Below, one piece after another: positions 47,240 to 56,982 of a stretch of DNA of 64,000 nucleotides (position 1 is the stretch's first letter; each line of letters starts with the position of its first letter). The notes below the pieces were generated by a model. That model saw only the letters and a list, made by a program, of their open reading frames with translations. It made no database searches and was not told the origin of the DNA. The position numbers and the translations under genes were made by a program. Source of the stretch: Parcubacteria group bacterium (GTDB taxonomy: Bacteria; Patescibacteriota; Minisyncoccia; Moranbacterales; UBA11712); contig JBAZXV010000004.1 of assembly GCA_041659685.1 (NCBI GenBank), positions 6,355 to 70,354 of the forward strand, in the 5' to 3' direction.

Positions 47240-47851
47240 TTATTCCAAACAGCAGTCCACCGCTTTTCGGACGAGTTCGCCGAGCTTTCCCATAAAACCT
47301 TTGTTTGAGTTTTTCGAATCGATATTTTCGGATTTTTTGTCGGATCCGGAAGCGCTTTGGGGAGATATTTTTTCCTGGTCGTGAATATTGACGGCTCCCT
47401 GGTCTATTTTCTTTATGTCATCCGTATTGATCAGTTTCATGTTGAGGCCCCAAAAGAGGGAATAGAGGTCGTAGGCTTTCTCAAAAAGCTCTTGAGCCTC
47501 TTTTTTGTTTCCCATCCCCTGCTGTTTCGTGCCGACTTCCATGAGCCGCATTGAGGCGGCGAGAAGATGTTTCGATATGCACCAGACTTCGCCTTCATAT
47601 TCCTTGATAATTTTCCGCAGAAGATCTCCGCGCATTTTTCGAACTTCCTGAAGGAGGTCATAATATTCCGGTTTTCCGGTCTTGGCGCCTGTAAAAAAGA
47701 AATGTTCCTCAATGCTCACCAGATTCATTATCGCGATAGACAAATCCTGGTCGGATGAAAGATCCATCTTGTCTTGTTTTTTCATTTCATCGACTTTTTC
47801 AATCAGTTCGTTGATTCTTTTGAGTTTGTCGTCGTTTTTTTCTTCAGACAT
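47240..47851 (-). CDS. Hypothetical helical protein ending CCLE
   Basis: IEEH, WCISKHLL, terminal DCCLE. Confidence 0.7.
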   Translation of the reverse strand: MSEEKNDDKLKRINELIEKVDEMKKQDKMDLSSDQDLSIAIMNLVSIEEHFFFTGAKTGKPEYYDLLQEVRKMRGDLLRKIIKEYEGEVWCISKHLLAASMRLMEVGTKQQGMGNKKEAQELFEKAYDLYSLFWGLNMKLINTDDIKKIDQGAVNIHDQEKISPQSASGSDKKSENIDSKNSNKGFMGKLGELVRKAVDCCLE

Positions 47852-47907
47852 TTGCAAATTTCTTAACATCAAATGTTGGGAGCGTCCTAACATTCGATGT
47901 CAGGTTT

Positions 47908-48414
47908 TTAACAGGTAAAATAAAGAATAAGGCTGGCAAATATGAGGAGGGAAATCGGGAAGGCCATCTTTTGGCCTTTGAAATACGAGATATTTCCGTT
48001 TCTTTTTTTGAGATAAATGTGAAGAAATGCTCCGCCGGAGAATAAGACGCTTCCCAAAATTATCCCAAAAAGAAGCTTGTCAAAGCCGCAAAACGTATTC
48101 AGCGGGTGGCCTATTTTCCCCTTGAGCCATAAGGGGAGGAGAATGATGGTATAATAGCCGGTAAAAACCAAAATCTTGCGTCCTTTGAATCGGATATTCT
48201 TCCCGCCGAGCCAGTTGATTGTCCAAACCGACATTGAAACAATCAGCGCGCCGATCCAAAGCCCGGAAATTGAATCGTCAATGCCGAAATATTCCGCCAA
48301 ACCGAGCCCTGCTCCGACTGCCACAGTGCAGACGGGGCAGACGGCGAACGCTGATTTGGCGATTAGCGCTGATAGCACAATACAGCTGGAAATTATGTAT
48401 TTTTTGTTTGGCAT
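47908..48414 (-). CDS. Membrane protein with CPVC motif
   Basis: AVCPVCTVAVG...GIDD...GLWIG; several TM helices. Confidence 0.72.
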   Translation of the reverse strand: MPNKKYIISSCIVLSALIAKSAFAVCPVCTVAVGAGLGLAEYFGIDDSISGLWIGALIVSMSVWTINWLGGKNIRFKGRKILVFTGYYTIILLPLWLKGKIGHPLNTFCGFDKLLFGIILGSVLFSGGAFLHIYLKKRNGNISYFKGQKMAFPISLLIFASLILYFTC

Positions 48415-48422
48415 ATTATATA

Positions 48423-48522
48423 AGCTCAAAACTCAAAGCTAAAAGCGCAAAACCAAAATTTAAAGTTAAAAGTTTTTAGTTTTTCGTTGTAGTTTTGCGT
48501 TTTTCATTTTACACTTTGCGCT
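48423..48522. repeat. Heptamer-periodic inverted repeat
   Basis: ctcaaaactcaaagctaaaagcgcaaaacc...gttttgcgtttttcattttacactttgcgc. Confidence 0.7.
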
Positions 48523-48707
48523 TATTTCATTCTATCTCATTTCTCCAATTTTTAAAAGTACGGGTGCCGGGATTTTCAATCGGTCTCTTTTTCGGTTTTC
48601 TGGGCCTGTGGATAAGTCCGGCTCGGATTATTGTTTACGGACAGCAAATGTGTTACTATATTACTAGACTATTGGTCGTAATCGCTATAACAAACAAAAA
48701 TAAAAAA

Positions 48708-50000
48708 ATGATTAATTTAAAAAGAAAGAGGTTTTTTGCGTCAGGGCGAAAGTGGATTTTCACTTTGGCTCTTTTTGTTTTGGTCTTTGCGGCGGCGAGC
48801 ATTGTGAAAGTCAAAGCCGGAACGGAAAATAACGCTTCAGGATGGCTTTGGGGAGGGGGGACAGAATCGGATGGTTCTGCTCCGTATGACGGAACCAATT
48901 CTAATGTCCGCTGGATTAGCATGAACAGCGTAAACACTTCTTCGCCGGTTGATTATGGAGTCAATATTCCAGGCTCCGATGGTCCTGTTACCGGTTACGC
49001 TTGGAGCGGCGGAGATGATTCAGGCCCGGGGCTTGGCTGGATCGATTTCAATCCTCAGGATCATTGCACGACGGGCGCGCCGGGAGCCGGACAATACAAA
49101 GCCCTGAGTTGCGCATTGCCCGCTGGCAGCAGCGGCAGTCCTGGAGTATCCCGCTCCGGCGATAAATTGGTTGGATGGGCGAGAATCGTTGGGATTGCCC
49201 AAGAAAGCGCGAATAACAACAGCGGGGGTTGGTCAGGTTGGGTTCACATGAACGGCAATTATGGGGTTGATTTAGCGAAAATGGTCGGAGATACCGGACC
49301 CAAACCCTTGGCGGAAATGACTTTTGCCACGGCGGGAGGCGATGAACTAGGATGGATTGATTTTTCCGGGGCGAAATACACCCCTGTGTGTTCTGTTGCG
49401 TCAGTCACTCCCACGCCGCCGGTCTATCTCAAGGAACCTGCAAACAAATGTCAGCCTGTTACCGTCACACTGAAAGATGTTTCAGAGAGCAAAACGATCA
49501 ATTTTGCCGTCGATCCCGCCGGAGTAGTGAAGCTTTCCAAAAACTCTGACTGTTCGAGTCCGTCAGATGGATTTTCATTGGCCATACCGGATAACAATCC
49601 TCACAAAGTATATGTTTCTGCCAACAATTTTTCTTCCGATGCTACTGCTGATGTGGAGATAAGCGGTGACTGCGGAAGCTCAACAGAGGAAGTTCGGGTG
49701 ATAAAAACGCCTGCCTGCACGCTGAACTGTCCGAGTGAAATAACGCTTTCTACCAGCGAAACTAAATCCGTCAAATCAGAAATTTCCGCATCGGGTGATT
49801 CGGAATGCGCATCTCTTGTGACCTGTTCTGAATCAGGCACTGACTCCGAGGGAAATATCGATGTCAGCAGTAGTTGCGATGTGTCGGAAACAGGAAATCT
49901 CAGGTATGGATCTTCTGAGCTGAAAGCAACTGCCGGGTCCGGATCGTGCACTTCGCCAATAAGCATCAAGGGTCTGGGTTGGATCGAAACGAACCCGTAA
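48708..50000 (+). CDS. Exported Cys/Gly/Trp-rich surface protein ending GWIETNP
   Basis: Signal ending VKA; GYAWS..GWIDF repeats; same C-terminus as 55100-56173. Confidence 0.8.
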   Translation: MINLKRKRFFASGRKWIFTLALFVLVFAAASIVKVKAGTENNASGWLWGGGTESDGSAPYDGTNSNVRWISMNSVNTSSPVDYGVNIPGSDGPVTGYAWSGGDDSGPGLGWIDFNPQDHCTTGAPGAGQYKALSCALPAGSSGSPGVSRSGDKLVGWARIVGIAQESANNNSGGWSGWVHMNGNYGVDLAKMVGDTGPKPLAEMTFATAGGDELGWIDFSGAKYTPVCSVASVTPTPPVYLKEPANKCQPVTVTLKDVSESKTINFAVDPAGVVKLSKNSDCSSPSDGFSLAIPDNNPHKVYVSANNFSSDATADVEISGDCGSSTEEVRVIKTPACTLNCPSEITLSTSETKSVKSEISASGDSECASLVTCSESGTDSEGNIDVSSSCDVSETGNLRYGSSELKATAGSGSCTSPISIKGLGWIETNP

Positions 50001-50056
50001 TTCGGTATTTTGTATCTAGCACGTAGTGTTTCATATAAATTTTGATTTTTCACTAA

Positions 50057-50542
50057 ATGAATCAAAAAACCAAAAAAAACCTCACCCACTGGCTTTCCGT
50101 GATTGTCATTGGAATTGCCTTGGGTTTCGCAATCCAGTTCGTGAAGGCCTGGACCGAACCGAGCGCGACGCCCCCCAACGGAAATCTCGGCGCGCCGATC
50201 AATACGGGAGCACAAAATCAGACCAAATCCGGTGGGATTACAGCTTCTACTCTATCTGCGACGACCGTGACAGGAACAACCCAGCTTTGCATAGGGACGG
50301 ATTGTCGCACTTCCTGGCCAAGCGGATCATCAACCACAACTACGGCAACTACAACCACACCTCCGGCTCCGACAATATACCAATGTCCGGATGACTTTTG
50401 CGCCAGAAGTTGTGGTGGCTCGTGTCTGGGACAAGTTAGTTCTTCATCGACGTGTGGAAGCTATTGGTGCTCGTATGATGGTGTTTGCGGCGGCGGCGGC
50501 GTTGGTGAGGCTCCCCCCACGAGGTCTTGTACGCCGATATAA
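50057..50542 (+). CDS. AWTEP-family exported Cys-rich protein
   Basis: QFVKAWTEPSATPPNGNLGAPINT plus Thr-rich linker and Cys-rich tail. Confidence 0.82.
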   Translation: MNQKTKKNLTHWLSVIVIGIALGFAIQFVKAWTEPSATPPNGNLGAPINTGAQNQTKSGGITASTLSATTVTGTTQLCIGTDCRTSWPSGSSTTTTATTTTPPAPTIYQCPDDFCARSCGGSCLGQVSSSSTCGSYWCSYDGVCGGGGVGEAPPTRSCTPI

Positions 50543-50588
50543 TCTGCCTTTCAATTGATTAATAATACAAATTAACTCATAGACAAAT

Positions 50589-51059
50589 ATGAACAATTTT
50601 GAAAAATTCACCCTCGGCGCCATCAGTGTTTTGTTTGTGATCGTGATCTTTTTCGGCATCGTTCTCTTCCGCCAGCAAGAATACATCAGCGCTATCTCGC
50701 CCAATGCAGTAAGCAACACTTTACTTTCATCGAAGAAAAAAAATCCTCCAAAAGTGCTTCAGATTTTTCCCGCAACAATTGAAAGTATCTCCGGAAATAA
50801 AATTACGGTTGATATAAAGTTGCCTGACTACTCAAAACCTCAAAATCCGGGCGGGGGAAGTGTTAGCTTTATTGACAAAAAGATAACGGTGAATACAAAC
50901 AGCAAGACTGTTTTTAATAAGAGAGCGCTCGCCGATTTGAAAGAAGGGGATGCGATCTCTGTCTCTTCCTATGATCCATGGCAGACAGCGGACGCTGTCG
51001 CGGCGGAAAATGTTGCCTATGTGGCGCAATTTTCTTCTTCGCAAAACGCTCCCAAATAA
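50589..51059 (+). CDS. Membrane-anchored partner with one OB-fold/DUF5666-like repeat
   Basis: TM helix; IESISG..I...V.TNSKT...DLKEGDAISV. Confidence 0.78.
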   Translation: MNNFEKFTLGAISVLFVIVIFFGIVLFRQQEYISAISPNAVSNTLLSSKKKNPPKVLQIFPATIESISGNKITVDIKLPDYSKPQNPGGGSVSFIDKKITVNTNSKTVFNKRALADLKEGDAISVSSYDPWQTADAVAAENVAYVAQFSSSQNAPK

Positions 51060-51113
51060 TATTTTTTAAGGTTGAATCTTGGCGAGAAAAATAAAATCTT
51101 AAAGTTGATGTTT

Positions 51114-51656
51114 ATGACCAAAAAAAACCTCATCCACTGGCTCTCCGTGATTGTCATCGGAATCGCTCTGGGCTTTGCCATCCAGTTCGTGAAAGCTTGG
51201 ACTGAACCGAGCGCGACGCCCCCCAACGGAAATCTCGGCGCGCCGATCAATACAAGTATCAATGATCAAGTCAAGGGAAACGCAACACAGGGAAAAATTT
51301 CGGCAAAGGATTTTTGTCTCAACAGCGATCCGACGAAATGCTTGAGTACTGTGGGCGGTGGCTTTGGGGGCACTCCGAGCGGAACGATTGATGGAAGAAT
51401 CAGCACCTTAATATGGAGCGGTGGGGCGACAGCAGGTTTATCTAACAGCTGCACAGATGAACCCCCGGGATTCTGTCGGGGACTAACTCCGATGTGTGAA
51501 GGCGGTTGGACGGTGAAGCAAATAGGATGGGATAGTAGTGGTGGAGATAATCTGCCCTATTGTGATCATATTCCGGGTCTTGGTGTTTGCGATTGGGGCG
51601 GCCCTTCAGGCTGGGTTGGCTATACCGCTTATACCTATACCTGCGTCAAAGACTAA
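51114..51656 (+). CDS. AWTEP-family exported Cys-rich protein
   Basis: N-terminus almost identical to 50057; unrelated Cys-rich tail. Confidence 0.82.
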   Translation: MTKKNLIHWLSVIVIGIALGFAIQFVKAWTEPSATPPNGNLGAPINTSINDQVKGNATQGKISAKDFCLNSDPTKCLSTVGGGFGGTPSGTIDGRISTLIWSGGATAGLSNSCTDEPPGFCRGLTPMCEGGWTVKQIGWDSSGGDNLPYCDHIPGLGVCDWGGPSGWVGYTAYTYTCVKD

Positions 51657-51672
51657 ACACTAAAACAAAATT

Positions 51673-52176
51673 ATGAATCTTCCGGAAAATCAAGGATTCT
51701 TCTCGAAATCAAATGTAATCGCGGTTGTCGTTGCTCTTTTCGTGGGGTTGATTATCGGAAGTCTTGTTTTGGGGGTATATTTCAACCGCAAATTTGACCA
51801 ACTCAAAATCCAGCTGGTTGAACAAAAAAATGGGACTCAAAAAAGCGGATCAGCGGCGAATCCTTCAAGCGCAACGAAAGAACAATTTATAGGAGGAACC
51901 ATTGAAAAAATCGATGGGAGCACTCTTACTCTCAATTCCATTAGCGAGAAAAAGATTTATACAATCAAAGTCACGAATAATACCAAGGTAACCAAAAGAG
52001 AATTTTCGAAAGATACTTCTCCAAAAGATACCGGCGCCAGTCTTTTGGATCTCAAAGTGAAGGGCAGCGTGGCTATCGGCACATTTGAAAATTTGAGAGA
52101 TAAAACTGAATTCACGGCTGATGATATTTTCATCCAACTGTTTGATAATCCGACTTCCCAGGTTACGCCGAAATAA
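51673..52176 (+). CDS. Membrane-anchored partner with one OB-fold/DUF5666-like repeat
   Basis: TM helix; GTIEKIDGS..I.VTNNTKV...DLKV...EFTA..I. Confidence 0.78.
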   Translation: MNLPENQGFFSKSNVIAVVVALFVGLIIGSLVLGVYFNRKFDQLKIQLVEQKNGTQKSGSAANPSSATKEQFIGGTIEKIDGSTLTLNSISEKKIYTIKVTNNTKVTKREFSKDTSPKDTGASLLDLKVKGSVAIGTFENLRDKTEFTADDIFIQLFDNPTSQVTPK

Positions 52177-52208
52177 TTGATATCCTAAAGTATTTTAAAT
52201 AGATTTGC

Positions 52209-52238
52209 AAAAAAATAGCCTCAAAAGGGCTATTTTTT
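52209..52238. terminator. Bidirectional terminator
   Basis: AAAAAAATAGCC/GGCTATTTTTT between convergent genes. Confidence 0.7.
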
Positions 52239-52316
52239 CTTGGATTTTGGTTTTGAGGTGGTTTTGAGGCATTTGGTGCCCCCGCACTAAATTTTCACAA
52301 GATGCGGGCAGATAGA

Positions 52317-52502
52317 TTATTTTTTCTTAGACTTTGACTTGGATTTGGTTTTGAGGCATTTGGTGCAGATTTTCAGATTTTTCCCGTCGATTTTTTTGGA
52401 TTGAAGGTTAATCGCCATAACTCTTTTTGTGGCGATATTGGAATGGGAGCGTTTTTGCGCGGACTTAGGACCGCGACCGCAGACTTGGCAAACTCTGGAC
52501 AT
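52317..52502 (-). CDS. rpmB: 50S ribosomal protein L28
   Basis: MSRVCQVCGR...RSHSNIATKR...NLQ...ICTKCLK. Confidence 0.95.
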   Translation of the reverse strand: MSRVCQVCGRGPKSAQKRSHSNIATKRVMAINLQSKKIDGKNLKICTKCLKTKSKSKSKKK

Positions 52503-52509
52503 ATTTATT

Positions 52510-52622
52510 GACAGATTAAACGCAGAATTTGGACAGATTTTACGCAGATGACGCAAATTTGAATAAATCTGTGTTATCTGTGTTTAATCTTTGGCAAAAA
52601 TCTGTGTAAAATTTGTGCGTTC
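52510..52622. repeat. Inverted repeat of CAGAT / ATCTG units
   Basis: Same unit family as 168-282. Confidence 0.7.
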
Positions 52623-52749
52623 AGTTGCTTAATTAACCTATTCAGGGTAACATAAGAAAAGATTTTTTACAAGATTAGAGTATTAATTATCTAGGGCGAA
52701 GATAATAATTTCAGCAGTTGGTGCATGTTGAAGCTTGTGAAATAAAAAT

Positions 52750-53379
52750 ATGTTGACGTTTATCATAATAGTAATTGTATTCATATATTCCGTGATAATT
52801 CATGAGGTTTCTCACGGACTTGCAGCTCTTTGGCTTGGTGATCCGACCGCCAAATATATGGGTCGGCTGACGCTCAATCCAATCAGCCATGTCGATCCAA
52901 TCGGCTCGATTCTGGTTCCTCTTATCACTTTTTTTGCCGGCGGATTCATCTTCGGCTGGGCGAAACCTGTCCCGTATAATCCCTATAACCTGCGCGACCA
53001 AAAATACGGGCCGGCTCTTGTCGGTGCGGCAGGGCCGGTTTCAAACATACTTATTGCGTTGGTGTTCGGTTTTGTCCTCCGGGTTTTTCTTGTGACAGGC
53101 CAGGTTTCGGTTTCCGAAAGCGGGGTTATTTTTTCCGTTTTTTCCTATGCAATTTTAATCAATGTGCTTCTCGCTTTTTTCAATCTCATTCCTTTTCCGC
53201 CTCTTGACGGTTCAAAACTTCTTTTTGCCATTCTTCCAATCCGCGAGGAAACAAAGATGCAACTTGAACAATTCGGTCTGATTTTTCTTTTTATCCTCAT
53301 CTACGCCCTTTCGGGGCCAATCAGTATATTTCTTCATTTTATTCAGAGCTTTTTTTTCCGAGTCGTGGTCGGGATATAG
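52750..53379 (+). CDS. Site-2 protease (M50 family)
   Basis: HEVSH, GRLTLNP..H.DP, AGPVSN, FNLIPFPPLDG. Confidence 0.93.
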   Translation: MLTFIIIVIVFIYSVIIHEVSHGLAALWLGDPTAKYMGRLTLNPISHVDPIGSILVPLITFFAGGFIFGWAKPVPYNPYNLRDQKYGPALVGAAGPVSNILIALVFGFVLRVFLVTGQVSVSESGVIFSVFSYAILINVLLAFFNLIPFPPLDGSKLLFAILPIREETKMQLEQFGLIFLFILIYALSGPISIFLHFIQSFFFRVVVGI

Positions 53380-53545
53380 AACAGCGGGTCAGTTTCGGGA
53401 TATTGGCATCTATTTTTTAGTTATGGTATAATCATTGCAGATTGAAATCTTGAAATGGGGAAAAAAACAAAAAAATTGAAAAAGGGGTGTTTCCTGGTTT
53501 TTAATATCGGCGGTGTTTAACGCGCCGCTTTTTAATTGCAAAAAA

Positions 53546-54220
53546 ATGAAGAAAAAAACAAAGAATAACAGAGTGAGTCTTCGCCCAATTTTTTGGCTGG
53601 GAGTCTTGACGTTGGGATTATTGATTGGTATCTCCATTCAATTCACTCGCGCCTGGGTTGAGCCTTCTGCAACCGCGCCGGACGGGAATGTCGCCGCGCC
53701 AATAAATACGGGAGCGAACGAACAAGTGAAAACAGGAACGGCTTCTCAAAAAGCGGATATTTGCGTTGACGCTCACGGCACCGGAGACAAGAAATGTCTC
53801 AGCGACCTGGTGAGTTTCCCGGCCTGCACCCTTGCGGGAGGAATCCCGTCAACCGTCGGTTCCGCAACCATCTGTAAATTTGCCGGCGCGTCCTGTCCTT
53901 CGGGATGGAGCCAATATTTGAATTATACCGAAACAACCGCCAATACCTGCACGGGAGCGGGAAATTGCGCAACGAGTGTTACTACCGGACATCACGCGTT
54001 TGCGAATATAGATCCGGCAACCGAAGCGGGAACTTATCAAGACTGCACCTCTTCTTGGAATTCTTGTTGCTATACGACCTACAGTTGTCCTCCGGGAGTA
54101 TGGCACCCAATCGGAAGCTGGTGCGGGGCGTCGCCGGAATGCCATGGGTGCGGAGGCACTTCCTCCACACTAAAAACCTGCATGCCGAACATAAATTTTG
54201 TCGGGTGCACATCCAATTAA
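53546..54220 (+). CDS. AWVEP-family exported Cys-rich protein
   Basis: QFTRAWVEP..PDGNVAAPINTG, CTLAGG..TICKF.GASC..W.QYLNYTET. Confidence 0.82.
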   Translation: MKKKTKNNRVSLRPIFWLGVLTLGLLIGISIQFTRAWVEPSATAPDGNVAAPINTGANEQVKTGTASQKADICVDAHGTGDKKCLSDLVSFPACTLAGGIPSTVGSATICKFAGASCPSGWSQYLNYTETTANTCTGAGNCATSVTTGHHAFANIDPATEAGTYQDCTSSWNSCCYTTYSCPPGVWHPIGSWCGASPECHGCGGTSSTLKTCMPNINFVGCTSN

Positions 54221-54237
54221 TTTTCAAAATTAAGATT

Positions 54238-55068
54238 ATGGAAAACAAAACAAAAAATATACTGATTGTGGCTTTGACCGTATTAATTATTGGTTTTTTA
54301 TTATACCAGCAAATAGCAATAGGAAAATTAAGCAAGGCGATAAAAGAAATCAGCAAATCGTCTAATAGTGCAAACCAGGATGACAATTCCAAAGGGAATC
54401 AGTTCATGGAGAAGGCTGTTAAAAGCACCATAGAGAACGGAACAAAAGACTTTACCGGGACAATTGTTTCGAAGGGGGAGAATTCGTTGAATATTGAGGG
54501 AAGTGTAGTTGACCTTTCAAAAATTTCGAATCTCTCGAAAGACGAACTTGAGCAAAGCGATAAATTGCCTAAAAACAAAAAACAATTCATCGTGAATGTG
54601 AATGAGAAAACCGAAATGCCAGTGGGACTGGGAACTCTGAAAATTGGCGATAATGTTCATGTTTTTTCAGAGGAATCTGTTTATGGTTCTGGCGCTGTTG
54701 TCGCTTCGAAAGTCTGGCTTCTGCCTGACTCAAAAGCCCTTAGCTCCAATACCGGAAATTATTTTGATACAGTTGAAAATATCGGCGGCGCGATAAAAGA
54801 AATCGGAAATAATTATTATGTAATCGAAGTTCAGTGGATCGACTATCCCAAAGATGGCAGCGCGGGAAATGTTGATCTGGCATCCGCGCCAAAAATAGTA
54901 AAAACATATAAAGTGTTAATAAACGACAAAACCGTTTTTTCAAAAAAAGGCAGGAATGACCTCAAAGTTGGTGACGATGTTAATGTTTATTCAGACAAAC
55001 CAGTCTTCTCTCTGGCTGAATTCACGGCGACAAAAATTGAAGAGTCGGTCCAGCCGCCCAAAGAATAA
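54238..55068 (+). CDS. Membrane-anchored partner with two OB-fold/DUF5666-like repeats
   Basis: TM helix; two copies of V.vNdKT...LKvGD.V; ends EFTATKIE. Confidence 0.8.
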   Translation: MENKTKNILIVALTVLIIGFLLYQQIAIGKLSKAIKEISKSSNSANQDDNSKGNQFMEKAVKSTIENGTKDFTGTIVSKGENSLNIEGSVVDLSKISNLSKDELEQSDKLPKNKKQFIVNVNEKTEMPVGLGTLKIGDNVHVFSEESVYGSGAVVASKVWLLPDSKALSSNTGNYFDTVENIGGAIKEIGNNYYVIEVQWIDYPKDGSAGNVDLASAPKIVKTYKVLINDKTVFSKKGRNDLKVGDDVNVYSDKPVFSLAEFTATKIEESVQPPKE

Positions 55069-55099
55069 AACCGGGTTATAGATTTTTTAAACATACTCT

Positions 55100-56173
55100 A
55101 TGAAAAACAAAAAAAACAAAGAAAATAATGTCAAAAAAATATTTCTTGTTGTTTTGCTGGCCATCGCAATTGGCTTAATTTCTCTGTTCACGGATTCGAA
55201 GACAAGAGCGGCTTTGGACGGGTGGGGAGCGGGAATTTGGAATAATTATATTGCGGGGCACGCGGAAAATGATTCCAGTATACCTCCGACAATCGGATGG
55301 CTGAAATCAAGTTCGAGCGTCAATGGCCCTTGTCTTAAGACTGCCGATAGCGCCGAATATGAAGTTTATTTTGAAAATACCGATTTGGGCGAAAATGTCC
55401 GTTACGTGAGCGGGAAGGCCTGGTTTGGTATCGGATCTCAATCTGATTCCGGAGCGGACTGCCAGGAAGATCTTCCTTCCTTAGGCTGGCTTAATTTTGG
55501 AGGCGATCCGGGATCATTTTGCAGCGGACAGGGTGATTGCCATGCTGCCAGATGGCATAAAACGGGAGGTGATGATTATACGGGATATCTTGACGGCTAT
55601 GCGAAAATAGAATCAATGGGAGACAGCGGCTGGATCAGGTTAAGAGGTGATAATAATGGCGAAAAATACAAGGTGATGATGGATAGCTCCGGTGTTCTTT
55701 CAGGATATGCGTGGAGTTCAGGGGAAGAGAATACTATTTCGGGAAATTCAGGGCTTGGATGGATAAAAATGGATGGGCTTCAAATTGCCGAATGTGATCT
55801 GACTTGCGTGCCTAAAAAACTTTGCCAGGGAAGTTCTTTTTCCGGAACAAGTTGCAGCGATTTTTGCAGTTACGGTTCCACTTGCGCTCCCGACCTCGAC
55901 GGAGAGACAAGTTTTACGAATTGGACTTGTACTCGTGGCTGCGGTTCGAAATCCTGCGAACCTGAAATAATTGTTCCTGAAAACGGAGTGTGCGGACCAG
56001 TTGACTATATATGCGATAGAAACGTTGATGAGAGCAAGCTCTGTGCCAGCGGCACAGCCTCGGTGCCGACATATTATGAAAAAACCGCTTCGTGGACTTG
56101 CGGCAATGACTGCGGCGAAAAAGTGACATGCAGCGCGGCAACTCAATGCGGATGGATCGAAACAAATCCCTAA
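55100..56173 (+). CDS. Exported Cys/Gly/Trp-rich surface protein ending GWIETNP
   Basis: Signal ending TRA; SGYAWSS..GLGWI; Cys-rich C-terminal half. Confidence 0.8.
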   Translation: MKNKKNKENNVKKIFLVVLLAIAIGLISLFTDSKTRAALDGWGAGIWNNYIAGHAENDSSIPPTIGWLKSSSSVNGPCLKTADSAEYEVYFENTDLGENVRYVSGKAWFGIGSQSDSGADCQEDLPSLGWLNFGGDPGSFCSGQGDCHAARWHKTGGDDYTGYLDGYAKIESMGDSGWIRLRGDNNGEKYKVMMDSSGVLSGYAWSSGEENTISGNSGLGWIKMDGLQIAECDLTCVPKKLCQGSSFSGTSCSDFCSYGSTCAPDLDGETSFTNWTCTRGCGSKSCEPEIIVPENGVCGPVDYICDRNVDESKLCASGTASVPTYYEKTASWTCGNDCGEKVTCSAATQCGWIETNP

Positions 56174-56236
56174 TGAGCCATATGGCGCATAACGCGAATA
56201 CATAATCCGGAGGAAGTTAGTTGTAATCAACAAGTT

Positions 56237-56968
56237 ATGAAAAAAAAGAAACGAGCGACAGCAAAAATTTATAATCGCCTATCTTTCTGGCTCGGGGTTA
56301 TGGTTCTTGGAATACTAGTCGGCGTTTCCATTCAATTTGGCCGCGCCTGGGTTGAGCCTTCTTCGATGAATCCGCCCGAAGGCAACATCGCCGCGCCGAT
56401 CAACACGGGGGCGGGCAAGCAGTTGAAAACGGGAACTGCGTCCAATCCGGCAGACATCTGCGTGGATAAGTTCGGAAATGGCGATGAAAAATGTCTGGGT
56501 GATCTGGTCACTTTTCCGGCCTGCACTATGGCAGGTGGCATGCCGATTACGGTTGGCTCAACCACTATTTGCAAATTCCCGGGAGCCAGCTGTCACGATA
56601 CAGAAGTTAATGGCGCCGTAGTTCACTGGATCCAATATTTGAATTATACCGAAACGACGGCACAAACTTGCACGGGAGCGGGCGGTTGCGGAACCAGTGC
56701 CACCAGTGGTTCTCACTTTTTCGACAATATTGACCCGGCAACGGAAGCGAAGCCGTATTATAGCGGCGAGATAAGAAATGTGACATGCGGTTGCGACAGT
56801 GACAGCGTCTGTTCGTATTATGTTTATCAAAATTGGGGGTCCGGTTGGCATTGGGGATGCGCGGGCTATAATCCTCCAGTATGTTGGAACTGTGATACCT
56901 GCGTGAAAAGCGACATTCCCAGTACCTGTAATTCGAATGTTACGCAAGTTGGATGCGTTCCAAATTAA
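56237..56968 (+). CDS. AWVEP-family exported Cys-rich protein
   Basis: Paralog of 53546 and 57869. Confidence 0.82.
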   Translation: MKKKKRATAKIYNRLSFWLGVMVLGILVGVSIQFGRAWVEPSSMNPPEGNIAAPINTGAGKQLKTGTASNPADICVDKFGNGDEKCLGDLVTFPACTMAGGMPITVGSTTICKFPGASCHDTEVNGAVVHWIQYLNYTETTAQTCTGAGGCGTSATSGSHFFDNIDPATEAKPYYSGEIRNVTCGCDSDSVCSYYVYQNWGSGWHWGCAGYNPPVCWNCDTCVKSDIPSTCNSNVTQVGCVPN

Positions 56969-56982
56969 TTTATATTTATTTT

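Noticed and set aside
4503-48615. Replication origin from TGTGGATAA boxes (4503, 10885, 29351, 48607)
   Set aside because: The boxes are single and far apart, and dnaA/dnaN are not in the window
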